Source: a virus (taxonomy: Duplodnaviria; Heunggongvirae; Uroviricota; Caudoviricetes). From it: 36,057 nucleotides of DNA. The translations under genes and the position numbers were made by a program. The DNA is taken from the IMG/VR virus record IMGVR_UViG_2541047846_000002, positions 1 through 36,057 of that record, one strand, 5' to 3'. Below the pieces are notes generated by a model. That model made no database searches and was not told the origin of the DNA. It saw only the letters and a program-made list of their open reading frames with translations. The number at the start of each line of letters is the position of its first letter. Positions within the stretch are counted from its first letter, which is position 1. Positions 9,368-18,153 of the stretch are shown piece after piece.

Positions 9368-9601
9368 ATGCGCATTGAAATAATGATCGATAAAGAGCAG
9401 AAGATTAGCCAGTCTACCCTGGACGCCCTTGAATCCGAGCTTTACCGCAATCTGCGCCCCCTATATCCAAAAACGGTAATTCGCATCCGCAAAGGTAGCT
9501 CTAACGGTGTGGAACTGACCGGACTGCAACTGGACGAAGAAAGGAAGCAAGTGATGAAAATTATGCAGAAAGTGTGGGAAGACGACAGCTGGCTGCATTA
9601 A
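9368..9601 (+). CDS. DinI-family protein
   Basis: 77 aa, MRIEIMIDKEQ...ESELYRNL...KVWEDDSWL resembles E. coli DinI (MRIEVTIAK...ETWESADDW); GAGGTG RBS; ORF-track start at 9296 is upstream. Confidence 0.75.
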   Translation: MRIEIMIDKEQKISQSTLDALESELYRNLRPLYPKTVIRIRKGSSNGVELTGLQLDEERKQVMKIMQKVWEDDSWLH

Positions 9602-9736
9602 GAAACGTTGCTGGCGTCTGAACTTGCTTCTGGCGTCAGCAAGGTTGAACTACGAGCCCTTGCGAGGCGTTAGCTCTGTAGTGCATGTCTATGTCGCATG
9701 AGATCGCATGATCGTTTGAGGATCGTTTTTGCTAAG

Positions 9737-9762
9737 GCCCGCCAGAACTGGCGGGCTTTTGC
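9737..9762 (+). terminator. Rho-independent terminator (GCCCGCCAG-AA-CTGGCGGGC-TTTT)
   Basis: Perfect 9-bp stem followed by T-run downstream of the DinI-like gene. Confidence 0.55.
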
Positions 9763-9805
9763 GTAGATCATGCAGGTGCATGAAAACCACTACATAAAGC
9801 GGGCA

Positions 9806-9824
9806 GGCGTGGCGGGGATACGAG
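9806..9824. other. Candidate cos (cohesive end) site
   Basis: GGCGTGGCGGGGATACGAG resembles the recalled P2/186 19-nt cohesive end (GGCGAGGCGGGGAAAGCAC for P2); lies at the expected map position between early/tum region and portal gene. Confidence 0.35.
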
Positions 9825-9976
9825 CGCGCGCTAAGTCATATAAGAGTTATATATTGATTTGATTGCTGGACATGCATACAGTATCGCTCTATCATCTAAT
9901 AAATCTTAGAGTATTTGGCAATGTTTGGATAAAATGGAACCTAACTTATTCATAATCCGCTAAACAGGGATGTCAG

Positions 9977-10891
9977 ATGCCATACCAATTGGTAGAGCTT
10001 AGCCCCGTAGCTAACGATCTTGAACAGTTAGGAACCAAAGAGAAGTTTTGGTTCTATTTCTCCGATGACACTGTAAATTTGCAGTTGTTTAAGTACTCTA
10101 GGCCAGGTACTGGCGAGCATTGGTCTGAAAAGTGTGCTGCTGAGTTATGTCATTTGCTTAACATTCCACATGCTAGCTATGATTTGGCGCGATACAATGG
10201 TCGATTCGGTGTGGTGACTCAGAATATCATTCCATCTGGTTTCCGGATGGTAATGGGAAATGAAGTGCTTCACAGTTCGACATTCGATTATCCTGGGCCT
10301 TTACAAGCCGGGGAAAAGCCGGTAAGGGTCAGAGAACACACTGTCACAAGGGTATTGGGTTGTTTGGATAGGGAATCTATCAAGCCTCCTCCGAGTGTAT
10401 ATGATCTAACCGGGCTAAATGCAGCAGATGTATTTTGTGGATATTTGATGCTCGATGCACTTGTGAGTAATCAAGATCGCCATCATGAAAATTGGGCGAT
10501 CATGCTTAACAATGAAACTGGTGAGCAGTTTTTGTGTCCAACATACGATCATGCCGCTAGTTTAGGAAGGGAGATGTTAGATGATGAGCGTAACGAACGG
10601 CTTAATACTAAAGATAAAAATCGACAAATCCCATGTTTTGTAAGAAAAGCTCGCTCTGAGCTATTCAAAGCAAAAACTGATAAAAAGCCCTTGCTGACCG
10701 TTGAAGCATTTCAACATGCAGTTGAAGGGAGAGTTGCCGCTCGCGACCATTGGTTAGGTAAGTTGAGCGTTTTAACAGAAGATTCCATTACAGATGTGTT
10801 TAACCAAGTGCCTTCATCGTGTATATCCGACAGTGCACGTAGATTTGCAACGTTAATGGTAATGGAAAATCGCAGAAGGTTACTAGAATGA
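9977..10891 (+). CDS. HipA/HipT-like (PI3/4-kinase-fold) Ser/Thr kinase core domain protein
   Basis: 304 aa; P-loop-like GTKEKF (aa 19-24) and catalytic loop SNQDRHHEN (N-x-D-x-H-x-x-N, aa 165-172) separated by ~145 aa as in HipA; lacks the HipA N-terminal subdomain; stop overlaps downstream start (ATGA). Confidence 0.6.
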   Translation: MPYQLVELSPVANDLEQLGTKEKFWFYFSDDTVNLQLFKYSRPGTGEHWSEKCAAELCHLLNIPHASYDLARYNGRFGVVTQNIIPSGFRMVMGNEVLHSSTFDYPGPLQAGEKPVRVREHTVTRVLGCLDRESIKPPPSVYDLTGLNAADVFCGYLMLDALVSNQDRHHENWAIMLNNETGEQFLCPTYDHAASLGREMLDDERNERLNTKDKNRQIPCFVRKARSELFKAKTDKKPLLTVEAFQHAVEGRVAARDHWLGKLSVLTEDSITDVFNQVPSSCISDSARRFATLMVMENRRRLLE

Positions 10892-11628
10892 CTAATACAA
10901 ACTCCGTTTACGTCGCATGGCAGGCACCAGATACCAGAGACTGGCATGTTGTTGGTAACTTGCAAGAGCGCAAATCGGGGTATGTTTTCAGGTATACCAA
11001 AGGTGCTCTTAAATCTACTAAATTTACAAAGTTTAGCGGCATGAGTGATGTTCGTGAAACTTATGTTTCGGAAGAATTGTTTCCTCTTTTTAAAAATCGC
11101 CTTTTATCACCGAGACGTCCAGAGTATCCGAGTTTCATTAAATGGCTTGGATTTGAAGAAGATAAGGTAAATCCTATCGATATTCTTGCTCGCTCGGGAG
11201 GCTTACGAAGCACTGATCAGCTGCAGATTTTCAAAAAAATTGATGTTGATTCTGATGGTAACTTTGAGCATTTTTTCTTCTTACATGGACTTGGTTACTT
11301 AAATAGCTTAGCTAATGCTCGTGTATCTGAATTGAAACCGGGGCAAATTTTGCGTCTTTGCTTGGATCTTCAAAATGAATACGATGGGGATGCTGTTGTC
11401 GTTCGTGCAGATAAACCAGCTGAAATCGTTGGTTACTGCCCTAGGTATTTAAGTAATGATATCAAGAAGATGTTATTGGATGATCCAAAATCAATCACTT
11501 TAACGGTCGAAAAGATTAGCGATGATGCTCCTCATAACTATCGGTTATTATGTAAATTATCAGGAGTACTAAGCCAAGCCTGTCAATCGACGCTGATTCC
11601 TCAGGATGAGTTTGAACCTATTGAGTAA
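10888..11628 (+). CDS. Two-domain protein: N-terminal region tentatively resembling the HipA N-terminal (HipS-like) domain, C-terminal HIRAN-like domain
   Basis: 246 aa; C-terminal LRLCLDLQNEYDGDAVVVRADKPAEIVGYCPRYLSNDI matches the HIRAN pattern (L.REP.N.YD.NAI.V...GY.pr); N-terminal GYVFRY...ELFPLFKNRLLSPRR loosely resembles HipA N-domain motifs. Confidence 0.55.
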   Translation: MTNTNSVYVAWQAPDTRDWHVVGNLQERKSGYVFRYTKGALKSTKFTKFSGMSDVRETYVSEELFPLFKNRLLSPRRPEYPSFIKWLGFEEDKVNPIDILARSGGLRSTDQLQIFKKIDVDSDGNFEHFFFLHGLGYLNSLANARVSELKPGQILRLCLDLQNEYDGDAVVVRADKPAEIVGYCPRYLSNDIKKMLLDDPKSITLTVEKISDDAPHNYRLLCKLSGVLSQACQSTLIPQDEFEPIE

Positions 11629-11634
11629 ATGAAG

Positions 11635-11658
11635 AAAAGCCACCAAACGGTGGCTTTT
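11635..11658. terminator. Bidirectional hairpin terminator between convergent genes (AAAAGCCACC-AAAC-GGTGGCTTTT)
   Basis: 10-bp stem flanked by A-run and T-run between the 11628 stop (+) and 11663 stop (-). Confidence 0.5.
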
Positions 11659-11662
11659 CTTA

Positions 11663-12703
11663 TTATGGGACTATATCTAGCGAGTAGGTATTAAACTGTA
11701 TCGCCTCCTTGCCAAGCCAATCATTCATCTCCTGTAATCGCTTTTGTAGTGGCATTAGCTCATTTCGGACGAATACACGGCTTGCCTTTTCCACATCCCC
11801 AAACCCCCCAACATTATTCGGCATAATCCCCATCATTTGCGGCGGCACGCGGTGCGCTGCCATCATGTCATCCCGACTCACGTTCTTGATGTTAAGAAAT
11901 TCATCCTTCGCCGCGACTTCTGACAATGGGATGATCTGAAGCCCGTCTTTTTTGCCGTTAGGTGAGTACATAAACAGGTTGCGGAAGTTGCCTGGACCTT
12001 TGGCGCTTTTCATCGCGTTGCGGAGGTTGTTCACATCCTCCTGATTCTGCGCGGCATCGGTCATGTACATGATGAAGCCTGCATGGCTGCCGTTAATGTA
12101 ATACTTACGGCGGAACAACGTGGCGGACTCGTTGAGCAGGGCTGACGGAATGGCAGAAAGATAACCGGGCAGGCCGTAGATCTCCTGGTTGATATCCGGT
12201 TCCATCAGATGAAAGATGCTGCCTTTCGTGAACTGATACGGCTGCGTAGTCATGCCGTATTGCACAAACCAGTAGGTATCCAGGTCTAACCCGCGTCGGG
12301 TGTATTTTGCCAGAGCAGGCTCAAGGGCGATAACTTCACCGAAGCGGTTCGTGCGTTTCTCCAGGTAGGCGTTACCAAATACCAGATAGTCCTGCACAAA
12401 ACGTGAAAAAGCCTGCTGGCTGAGCAGCGGGTGGGGGATGTAGGTACTGGTCAGAATGTTGCATTTCACCGCAATTGGTGAACTGTGATGCACGGCGGCG
12501 CGGAAGGTGCGCGCCAGTCCGTCAAAGCTTACTGGCGGCTCATACCAGCGATCTGTCTGTACGCATTCCACATAGTCCAGTAGTTCGCGGCGGTCCAGAA
12601 CAGGAACGGGATCACCGAAGCTGAATGCTTCGGCTGTAGTTTGACTTTTATGCTGGATCTGGTTCGTCGACGCAGCGCGGTTCTTCTTACTCTTTCCCAT
12701 CAA
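11663..12703 (-). CDS. Q: Portal protein (P2 gpQ-like)
   Basis: 346 aa, size and position (adjacent to and overlapping terminase large subunit, divergent from scaffold/capsid operon) as P2 Q. Confidence 0.75.
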   Translation of the reverse strand: MMGKSKKNRAASTNQIQHKSQTTAEAFSFGDPVPVLDRRELLDYVECVQTDRWYEPPVSFDGLARTFRAAVHHSSPIAVKCNILTSTYIPHPLLSQQAFSRFVQDYLVFGNAYLEKRTNRFGEVIALEPALAKYTRRGLDLDTYWFVQYGMTTQPYQFTKGSIFHLMEPDINQEIYGLPGYLSAIPSALLNESATLFRRKYYINGSHAGFIMYMTDAAQNQEDVNNLRNAMKSAKGPGNFRNLFMYSPNGKKDGLQIIPLSEVAAKDEFLNIKNVSRDDMMAAHRVPPQMMGIMPNNVGGFGDVEKASRVFVRNELMPLQKRLQEMNDWLGKEAIQFNTYSLDIVP

Positions 12704-14466
12704 AAAATCTCCACAATATTACTGGTATTGGCGGACTCGCCCTGCAGTGGTTCGTTAAACAGTGCGTGCATTGTTGCCCAGGCCAGATCGGCGTGGCTGG
12801 CTTCTTCGCTGCGGCTGGCTTCATAGGTTGGGCGGTTGCCACTGGCGGTGGTTGCGCGACGGATTGCCATGAATGACTGCGCAATGTCGGTGTGCCCGGC
12901 GTCAAACTCCAGACGGCGGTGGCTGATAATGTCGTAGGCCTTGAGTACCAGGGCGTTTTTAACGTTGGGGTTGTAGACAAACTCCCGGACGGCAGGAAAG
13001 AACGCTTTCACGTTCTCGTAAACCCCGTGACCAACGCCGGTTGAGTCGATACCGATATAAGTCACGTTGTACTGTTCGGTAAGTTTTTTGATGGCGTCAG
13101 CCTGGGCGCGGAAGTCCATCCCGCGCCACTGGTGACGCTCAAGAATGCGGAACTTACCACCCGGCACGGCTGGCGGTGCCACCACCACGCATCCAGCGCT
13201 GTCGCCGTTTTGCGTACCTTTTGCCGGGTCATAACCGATCCACACTTCGCGCCAGCCAAACGGGCGCAGCGCCAGTGCATGAAAGTCGGTCCAGACTTCC
13301 CAACTGTCCACCATGCACGCCTGCAGCTCGCTGAGCGGAAACACGGACGCGAGATCGTCCACAAACTCGCACATCAGCAGGTTCTGGTATTCGTCTGGGC
13401 TGTACTCCATGCGTAGCTGGTCGAGGTCGAACAGGTTACAGCCGCCGCGCACCGCATCTTCCACGGTGACTATCTGGCGGTATTGCCCGTCTGCGCACAG
13501 CAGGCCGGGGGCCAGATTGCTGTGGGACAGGTCGATGTCCACCTTATCGGCTTTGTTGCGCCCACGGTTGAACAGCGCACCGGACCAGAACGGATAAGCA
13601 CTGTGTGTCAGACTGGATGGCGTGGAAAAATAGGTTTGTCGCCATTTTTTGTGAATAGCCATACCGGAAGCCACTTTGCGCAGCTCCTGGAATTTCGGTA
13701 TCCAGAAATATTCATCCAGATACAGGTTGCCGTGGTAACTCTGGGCCGTGCGGGCATTGGTGCCGAGGAAGTAAAGCGTGGCCCCGTTAGGAAGCACCAT
13801 CGGATCGCCTTTCAGCTCCACCTCCACTTCTTTGGCAAAGTCGATGATGTACTGTTTAAAGACGTGGGCCTGAGCCTTGCTGGCAGAAAGGAAAATCTGG
13901 TTACGCCCGGTCAGCAGGGCGTCAATCAGGGCTTCACGGGCAAAGTAAAAGGTCGCGCCGATCTGGCGTGACTTCAGCAGGTTGCGGATGCGGTTGGTTT
14001 TTCCGGCTTCCCACCAGTGGCGCTGGTAGTTGAACATAGAGGAATGGAAGATTTCTTCCAGTTTCTCAATCTGTTCATCGGTGAAAACATTCTTTTCCGG
14101 CTGACGACGTGGGCCTTTGTTGCGGTTGGCAACGTTAGGGTTTAAGTCGGCTTCGTTGCCGCCATTGTTAAACTTGCCGATCCGCGCGTGGCGCTCAGAC
14201 TGGCGTGCCAGCAGGTCAATTTCTTTGAAATCTTTCCCTTCTTTGTGCTCCTTCATAATGAGCTGGCAGTAGCGTGCGGCGGTGGTGAGCTGCATCTGAT
14301 CCAGCGGCCCATAGTCACCCCACTTGTCGCGTTTTTTCCAGCTGTGAACGGTTGCAACTTTCTCGCCCAGCATTTCAGCAATGCGGGCTACGCGGTATCC
14401 CTGAAAGTACAGCAGCATGGCCTGCCGACGGGGATCGAGATCTGCGGGTGTCAGTGTGGTGTTCAT
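12700..14466 (-). CDS. P: Terminase large (ATPase) subunit (P2 gpP-like)
   Basis: 588 aa (P2 P is ~590); synteny Q-P divergent from O-N-M-L. Confidence 0.8.
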   Translation of the reverse strand: MNTTLTPADLDPRRQAMLLYFQGYRVARIAEMLGEKVATVHSWKKRDKWGDYGPLDQMQLTTAARYCQLIMKEHKEGKDFKEIDLLARQSERHARIGKFNNGGNEADLNPNVANRNKGPRRQPEKNVFTDEQIEKLEEIFHSSMFNYQRHWWEAGKTNRIRNLLKSRQIGATFYFAREALIDALLTGRNQIFLSASKAQAHVFKQYIIDFAKEVEVELKGDPMVLPNGATLYFLGTNARTAQSYHGNLYLDEYFWIPKFQELRKVASGMAIHKKWRQTYFSTPSSLTHSAYPFWSGALFNRGRNKADKVDIDLSHSNLAPGLLCADGQYRQIVTVEDAVRGGCNLFDLDQLRMEYSPDEYQNLLMCEFVDDLASVFPLSELQACMVDSWEVWTDFHALALRPFGWREVWIGYDPAKGTQNGDSAGCVVVAPPAVPGGKFRILERHQWRGMDFRAQADAIKKLTEQYNVTYIGIDSTGVGHGVYENVKAFFPAVREFVYNPNVKNALVLKAYDIISHRRLEFDAGHTDIAQSFMAIRRATTASGNRPTYEASRSEEASHADLAWATMHALFNEPLQGESANTSNIVEIF

Positions 14467-14512
14467 GGCACAAACCTACAGCCTTGAATGAAGGCTTTCC
14501 CCGCCTGCGGTT

Positions 14513-14530
14513 TGTGTGGTTGTCGGTACA
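14513..14530. promoter_or_regulatory. Late-promoter activator dyad TGT-N12-ACA (Ogr/B-type site) in the divergent P/O intergenic region
   Basis: TGTGTGGTTGTCGGTACA; P2-family late promoters carry a TGT-N12-ACA element. Confidence 0.5.
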
Positions 14531-14608
14531 AATACCGCGCATTGTTTCACTGCCCCTATCACCGCAACCATAAGGCTCCAGTAAGTTTTTTCTAACGGAG
14601 CACGGCTC

Positions 14609-15442
14609 ATGACAGTGAAAGCAAAGCGTTTTCGCATCGGGGTGGAAGGTGCCACCACCGACGGACGCGAAATCCAGCGTGAATGGCTGGAACAGATGGC
14701 AGCCAGCTATAACCCGGCGGTGTATACCGCGCTGATTAACCTTGAGCACATCAAGTCTTATCTGCCGGACAGCACCTTTAACCGCTACGGCAAGGTGACG
14801 GCGCTGTTTGCTGAAGAAATCACGGAAGGTCCGCTGGCAGGCAAGATGGCGCTGTATGCTGACGTTGAGCCAACGGAGTCCCTGGTGGAACTGGTGAAAA
14901 AAGGCCAGAAATTATTCACCTCTATGGAAGTCAGCCCGAAGTTCGCTGATACGGGCAAAGCCTACCTGGTCGGCCTGGCTGCCACTGATGACCCTGCCAG
15001 TCTGGGTACGGAAATGCTGACATTCAGCGCCAGTGCAGCCCATAACCCGCTGGCAAACCGCAAGCAGAATCCTGCCAATCTCTTTACCGCTGCAGAGGAA
15101 ACGGTGATCGAACTGGAAGAAATCCAGGACGACAAACCGTCCCTGTTTGCCCGCGTCACGGCGCTGTTTACCAAAAAAGAGCAGTCCGATGACGCCCGGT
15201 TCTCTGATGTGCATAAGGCCGTGGAGCTGGTCGCCACTGAGCAGCAAAATCTGAGCGCACGCACCGAAAAATCCCTGTCTGAGCAGGAAGAACGCCTGTC
15301 TGAGCTGGAGACTGCCCTGCAGGCACAGCAGACCGCCTTTAACGAACTGGTGAATAAGCTGAGTCATGAAGACAGCCGCCAGGACTACCGCCAGCGTGCA
15401 ACAGGCGGTAACGCCCCCGCTGACACTCTGACCAATTGCTGA
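14609..15442 (+). CDS. O: Capsid scaffolding protein (P2 gpO-like)
   Basis: 277 aa; N-terminus RFRIGVEGATTDGREI...INLEHI recalled as similar to P2 gpO. Confidence 0.8.
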   Translation: MTVKAKRFRIGVEGATTDGREIQREWLEQMAASYNPAVYTALINLEHIKSYLPDSTFNRYGKVTALFAEEITEGPLAGKMALYADVEPTESLVELVKKGQKLFTSMEVSPKFADTGKAYLVGLAATDDPASLGTEMLTFSASAAHNPLANRKQNPANLFTAAEETVIELEEIQDDKPSLFARVTALFTKKEQSDDARFSDVHKAVELVATEQQNLSARTEKSLSEQEERLSELETALQAQQTAFNELVNKLSHEDSRQDYRQRATGGNAPADTLTNC

Positions 15443-15458
15443 TGGAGCACAAAACCTG

Positions 15459-16517
15459 ATGAAGAAGAATACCCGCTTTGCTTTTAACGCTTACCTGCAG
15501 CAGCTGGCGCGTCTGAACGGTGTGGCAGTTGAAGAACTGTCCAGCAAGTTCACTGTGGAGCCGTCTGTGCAGCAGACGCTGGAAGACCAGATCCAGCAGT
15601 CCGCCGCTTTCCTGACGCTGATTAATGTCACCCCAGTGACTGAGCAGTCCGGTCAGCTGCTGGGGCTGGGTGTTGGCAGCACCATTGCCGGAACCACTGA
15701 CACCACCGCGAAAGAGCGTGAACCTGTCGATCCGACGCTGATGGTCGATGTGGAATATAAATGCGAGCAGACCAACTTTGACACGGTGCTGACCTACGCG
15801 AAGCTGGACCTGTGGGCGAAGTTTCAGGATTTCCAGGTGCGTATCCGTAACGCCATCGTGAAACGTCAGGCACTGGACCGCATCATGATCGGCTTTAACG
15901 GCGTGAAGCGTGCGAAAAACTCCAACCGCAGCGAAAACCCGCTGCTGCAGGATGTTAACAAAGGCTGGTTGCAGAAAATCCGTGAAGATGCACCGGATCA
16001 CGTCATGGGCAGCACCACCACGGGCGGCGAAACCACTCCGGGTGCGGTGAAAGTCGGGAAAGGTGGCGAATATGCCAACCTGGACGCTGTGGTGATGGAT
16101 GCCGTCAATGAGCTTATCGACGTGGTTTACCAGGACGATGACGATCTGGTGGTGATTTGCGGTCGTGAACTGCTGTCTGACAAGTATTTCCCGCTGGTCA
16201 ACAAAGAGCAGGAGAACAGTGAAAAACTGGCTGCAGATATGATCATCAGCCAGAAACGCATGGGTGGCCTGCAGGCCGTGCGTGCGCCGTTCTTCCCGCC
16301 GAATGCGCTGCTGATCACCCGTCTGGATAACCTGTCCATCTACTGGCAGGAAGACACCCGCCGCCGTTCAGTTATCGACAACCCGAAACGTGACCGGATT
16401 GAAAACTTTGAATCCGTTAACGAAGCCTATGTGGTTGAGGACTACCGCTGCGCCGCACTGGTGGAAAACATCCAGATTGGCGATTTCAGCACCGCTGCAG
16501 CAGAAGCCGGAGCGTAA
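15459..16517 (+). CDS. N: Major capsid protein (P2 gpN-like)
   Basis: 352 aa, immediately after scaffold gene; size matches P2 N. Confidence 0.8.
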   Translation: MKKNTRFAFNAYLQQLARLNGVAVEELSSKFTVEPSVQQTLEDQIQQSAAFLTLINVTPVTEQSGQLLGLGVGSTIAGTTDTTAKEREPVDPTLMVDVEYKCEQTNFDTVLTYAKLDLWAKFQDFQVRIRNAIVKRQALDRIMIGFNGVKRAKNSNRSENPLLQDVNKGWLQKIREDAPDHVMGSTTTGGETTPGAVKVGKGGEYANLDAVVMDAVNELIDVVYQDDDDLVVICGRELLSDKYFPLVNKEQENSEKLAADMIISQKRMGGLQAVRAPFFPPNALLITRLDNLSIYWQEDTRRRSVIDNPKRDRIENFESVNEAYVVEDYRCAALVENIQIGDFSTAAAEAGA

Positions 16518-16520
16518 TTC

Positions 16521-17171
16521 ATGAGCCTGAGTCCCGCACGGCAGCATCGCCTGCGCGTTCAGGCTGAACAGGCCGCTCGCGAGGGTGGCAGTGTTCGCCA
16601 CGCGTCGGGCTATGACCTGATGCTGCTGCAACTGGCGGAAGACCGCCGCCGTCTCAAGGGCGTTCAGTCCACGGTCAAAAAAGCGGAAATCAAGGTGGAG
16701 CTGCTGCCGAAATATGCCGCCTGGGCGGAGGGCGTTCTGGCTGCCGGAGGCGCTCAACAGGATGACGTGCTGATGTACGTGATGCTGTGGCGCATTGATG
16801 CCGGAGATTATGCCGGGGCGCTGGAGATCGGGCGTCATGCCCTGCGTCATGGCTGGGTGATGCCGCTGGGTAACCGCAACGTGCAGACCGTGCTGGCAGA
16901 GGAAATGGCAGACGCGGCGCAGAGCGCAATGCTTGCCGCCACCGGCTTTGATGCCGATCTGTTGCTGCATACGCTGGAGCTGACAGACGGTCTGGATATG
17001 CCGGACCAGTCACGGGCGCGTCTGCATAAAGCGATTGGCGCTGTCCTGAGTGAAAGTAACCCGGCTTCCGCCCTTAATCATCTCAACCATGCATTACAGC
17101 TCGATCCCCGCTGTGGCGTGAAAAAAGACAAACAGCAGCTGGAGCGCAGACTGCGCAATGACAGCCGCTGA
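16521..17171 (+). CDS. M: Terminase small/endonuclease subunit (P2 gpM-like)
   Basis: 216 aa following capsid gene, synteny with P2 M. Confidence 0.7.
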   Translation: MSLSPARQHRLRVQAEQAAREGGSVRHASGYDLMLLQLAEDRRRLKGVQSTVKKAEIKVELLPKYAAWAEGVLAAGGAQQDDVLMYVMLWRIDAGDYAGALEIGRHALRHGWVMPLGNRNVQTVLAEEMADAAQSAMLAATGFDADLLLHTLELTDGLDMPDQSRARLHKAIGAVLSESNPASALNHLNHALQLDPRCGVKKDKQQLERRLRNDSR

Positions 17172-17266
17172 CAGAACGTGCCCCCGCGCACGGGCGGCAC
17201 GGGGTGGCGAAAGGCACTACCACATCAAAACCCCGTCCACCGCCCTTTATTTCAGGAGAAAGCAGC

Positions 17267-17731
17267 ATGAAGTTTGTTGCGCCAGAACAGGCACCGGAAC
17301 AGGCGGAAATCATCAGGAATACGCCGTTCTGGCCTGATGTGGACTTGTCGGAGTTTCGCAGTGTCATGCGCACTGACGGCACGGTGACGCAGCCGCGTTT
17401 AAAGCAGGTTGCGCTGTCGGCAATTTCGGAGGTCAACGCAGAGCTGTATGAGTTTCGCAGACGCCAGCAGATGCTGGGATATGCCTCGCTGGCAGAGGTT
17501 CCGGCGGAGCAGCTGGACGGCAAAAGTGAGCGCATTCAGCACTATTTCAACGCGGTTTACTGCTGGGCACGCGCCATGCTCAACGAACGATACCAGGACT
17601 ATGACGCCACGGCATCCGGTGTGAAGCGGGGCGAAGAACTGGCAGAAGCCAGCGGTGATTTGTGGCGTGACGCCCGCTGGGCCATCAGCCGGGTGCAGGA
17701 TGCGCCGCACTGCACAGTGGAGCTTATCTGA
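17267..17731 (+). CDS. L: Head completion/stabilisation protein (P2 gpL-like)
   Basis: ATG 17267 preceded by AGGAG; synteny; ORF-track start at 17204 is probably upstream of the true start. Confidence 0.7.
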   Translation: MKFVAPEQAPEQAEIIRNTPFWPDVDLSEFRSVMRTDGTVTQPRLKQVALSAISEVNAELYEFRRRQQMLGYASLAEVPAEQLDGKSERIQHYFNAVYCWARAMLNERYQDYDATASGVKRGEELAEASGDLWRDARWAISRVQDAPHCTVELI

Positions 17732-17934
17732 TGAAAGTGCGTGCGCATCAGTATGACACGGTGGACGCGCTTTGCTGGCGTCATTACGGGCGCACGCAGG
17801 GTGTCACGGAGCAGGTACTGAAGGCAAATCCGGGGCTTGCCGAATACGGCCCCTTTTTACCTCACGGGCTGCAGGTGGAGCTGCCGGACATTCCGACCAC
17901 CACCACCGTGCAGACCGTCCAGCTATGGGACTGA
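17731..17934 (+). CDS. X: Tail protein X (LysM-like small tail component)
   Basis: 67 aa, same size as P2 gpX. Confidence 0.7.
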   Translation: MKVRAHQYDTVDALCWRHYGRTQGVTEQVLKANPGLAEYGPFLPHGLQVELPDIPTTTTVQTVQLWD

Positions 17935-17937
17935 ATT

Positions 17938-18153
17938 ATGACGCTTGAGCGAATCAGCGCCTTTATCACGTATTGCATCGCCGTCGTGCTGGCCTGGCTG
18001 GGCGATTTGTCCATCAAGGATGCCTCAACGCTGGGCGGCCTGATGATTGGTGTGCTGATGCTGGCTATCAACTGGTACTACAAACACAAAGCCTACCAGC
18101 TTCTGCGCGACGGGCAGATCTCGCGGGAGGACTATGAATCCATCAATCGTTAA
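17938..18153 (+). CDS. Holin
   Basis: 71 aa, hydrophobic helices then charged C-terminus, immediately upstream of endolysin. Confidence 0.6.
   Translation: MTLERISAFITYCIAVVLAWLGDLSIKDASTLGGLMIGVLMLAINWYYKHKAYQLLRDGQISREDYESINR

Noticed and set aside
12687-14749. Multiple alternative-frame ORFs (97-162 aa) across the terminase large subunit region
   Set aside because: Embedded in or antisense to the 588-aa terminase ORF; no independent evidence.
15339-17013. Minus-strand ORFs (220 aa, 200 aa, 107 aa) across capsid and terminase small-subunit genes
   Set aside because: Antisense to syntenic capsid-module genes with P2-like order; likely spurious in GC-rich DNA.
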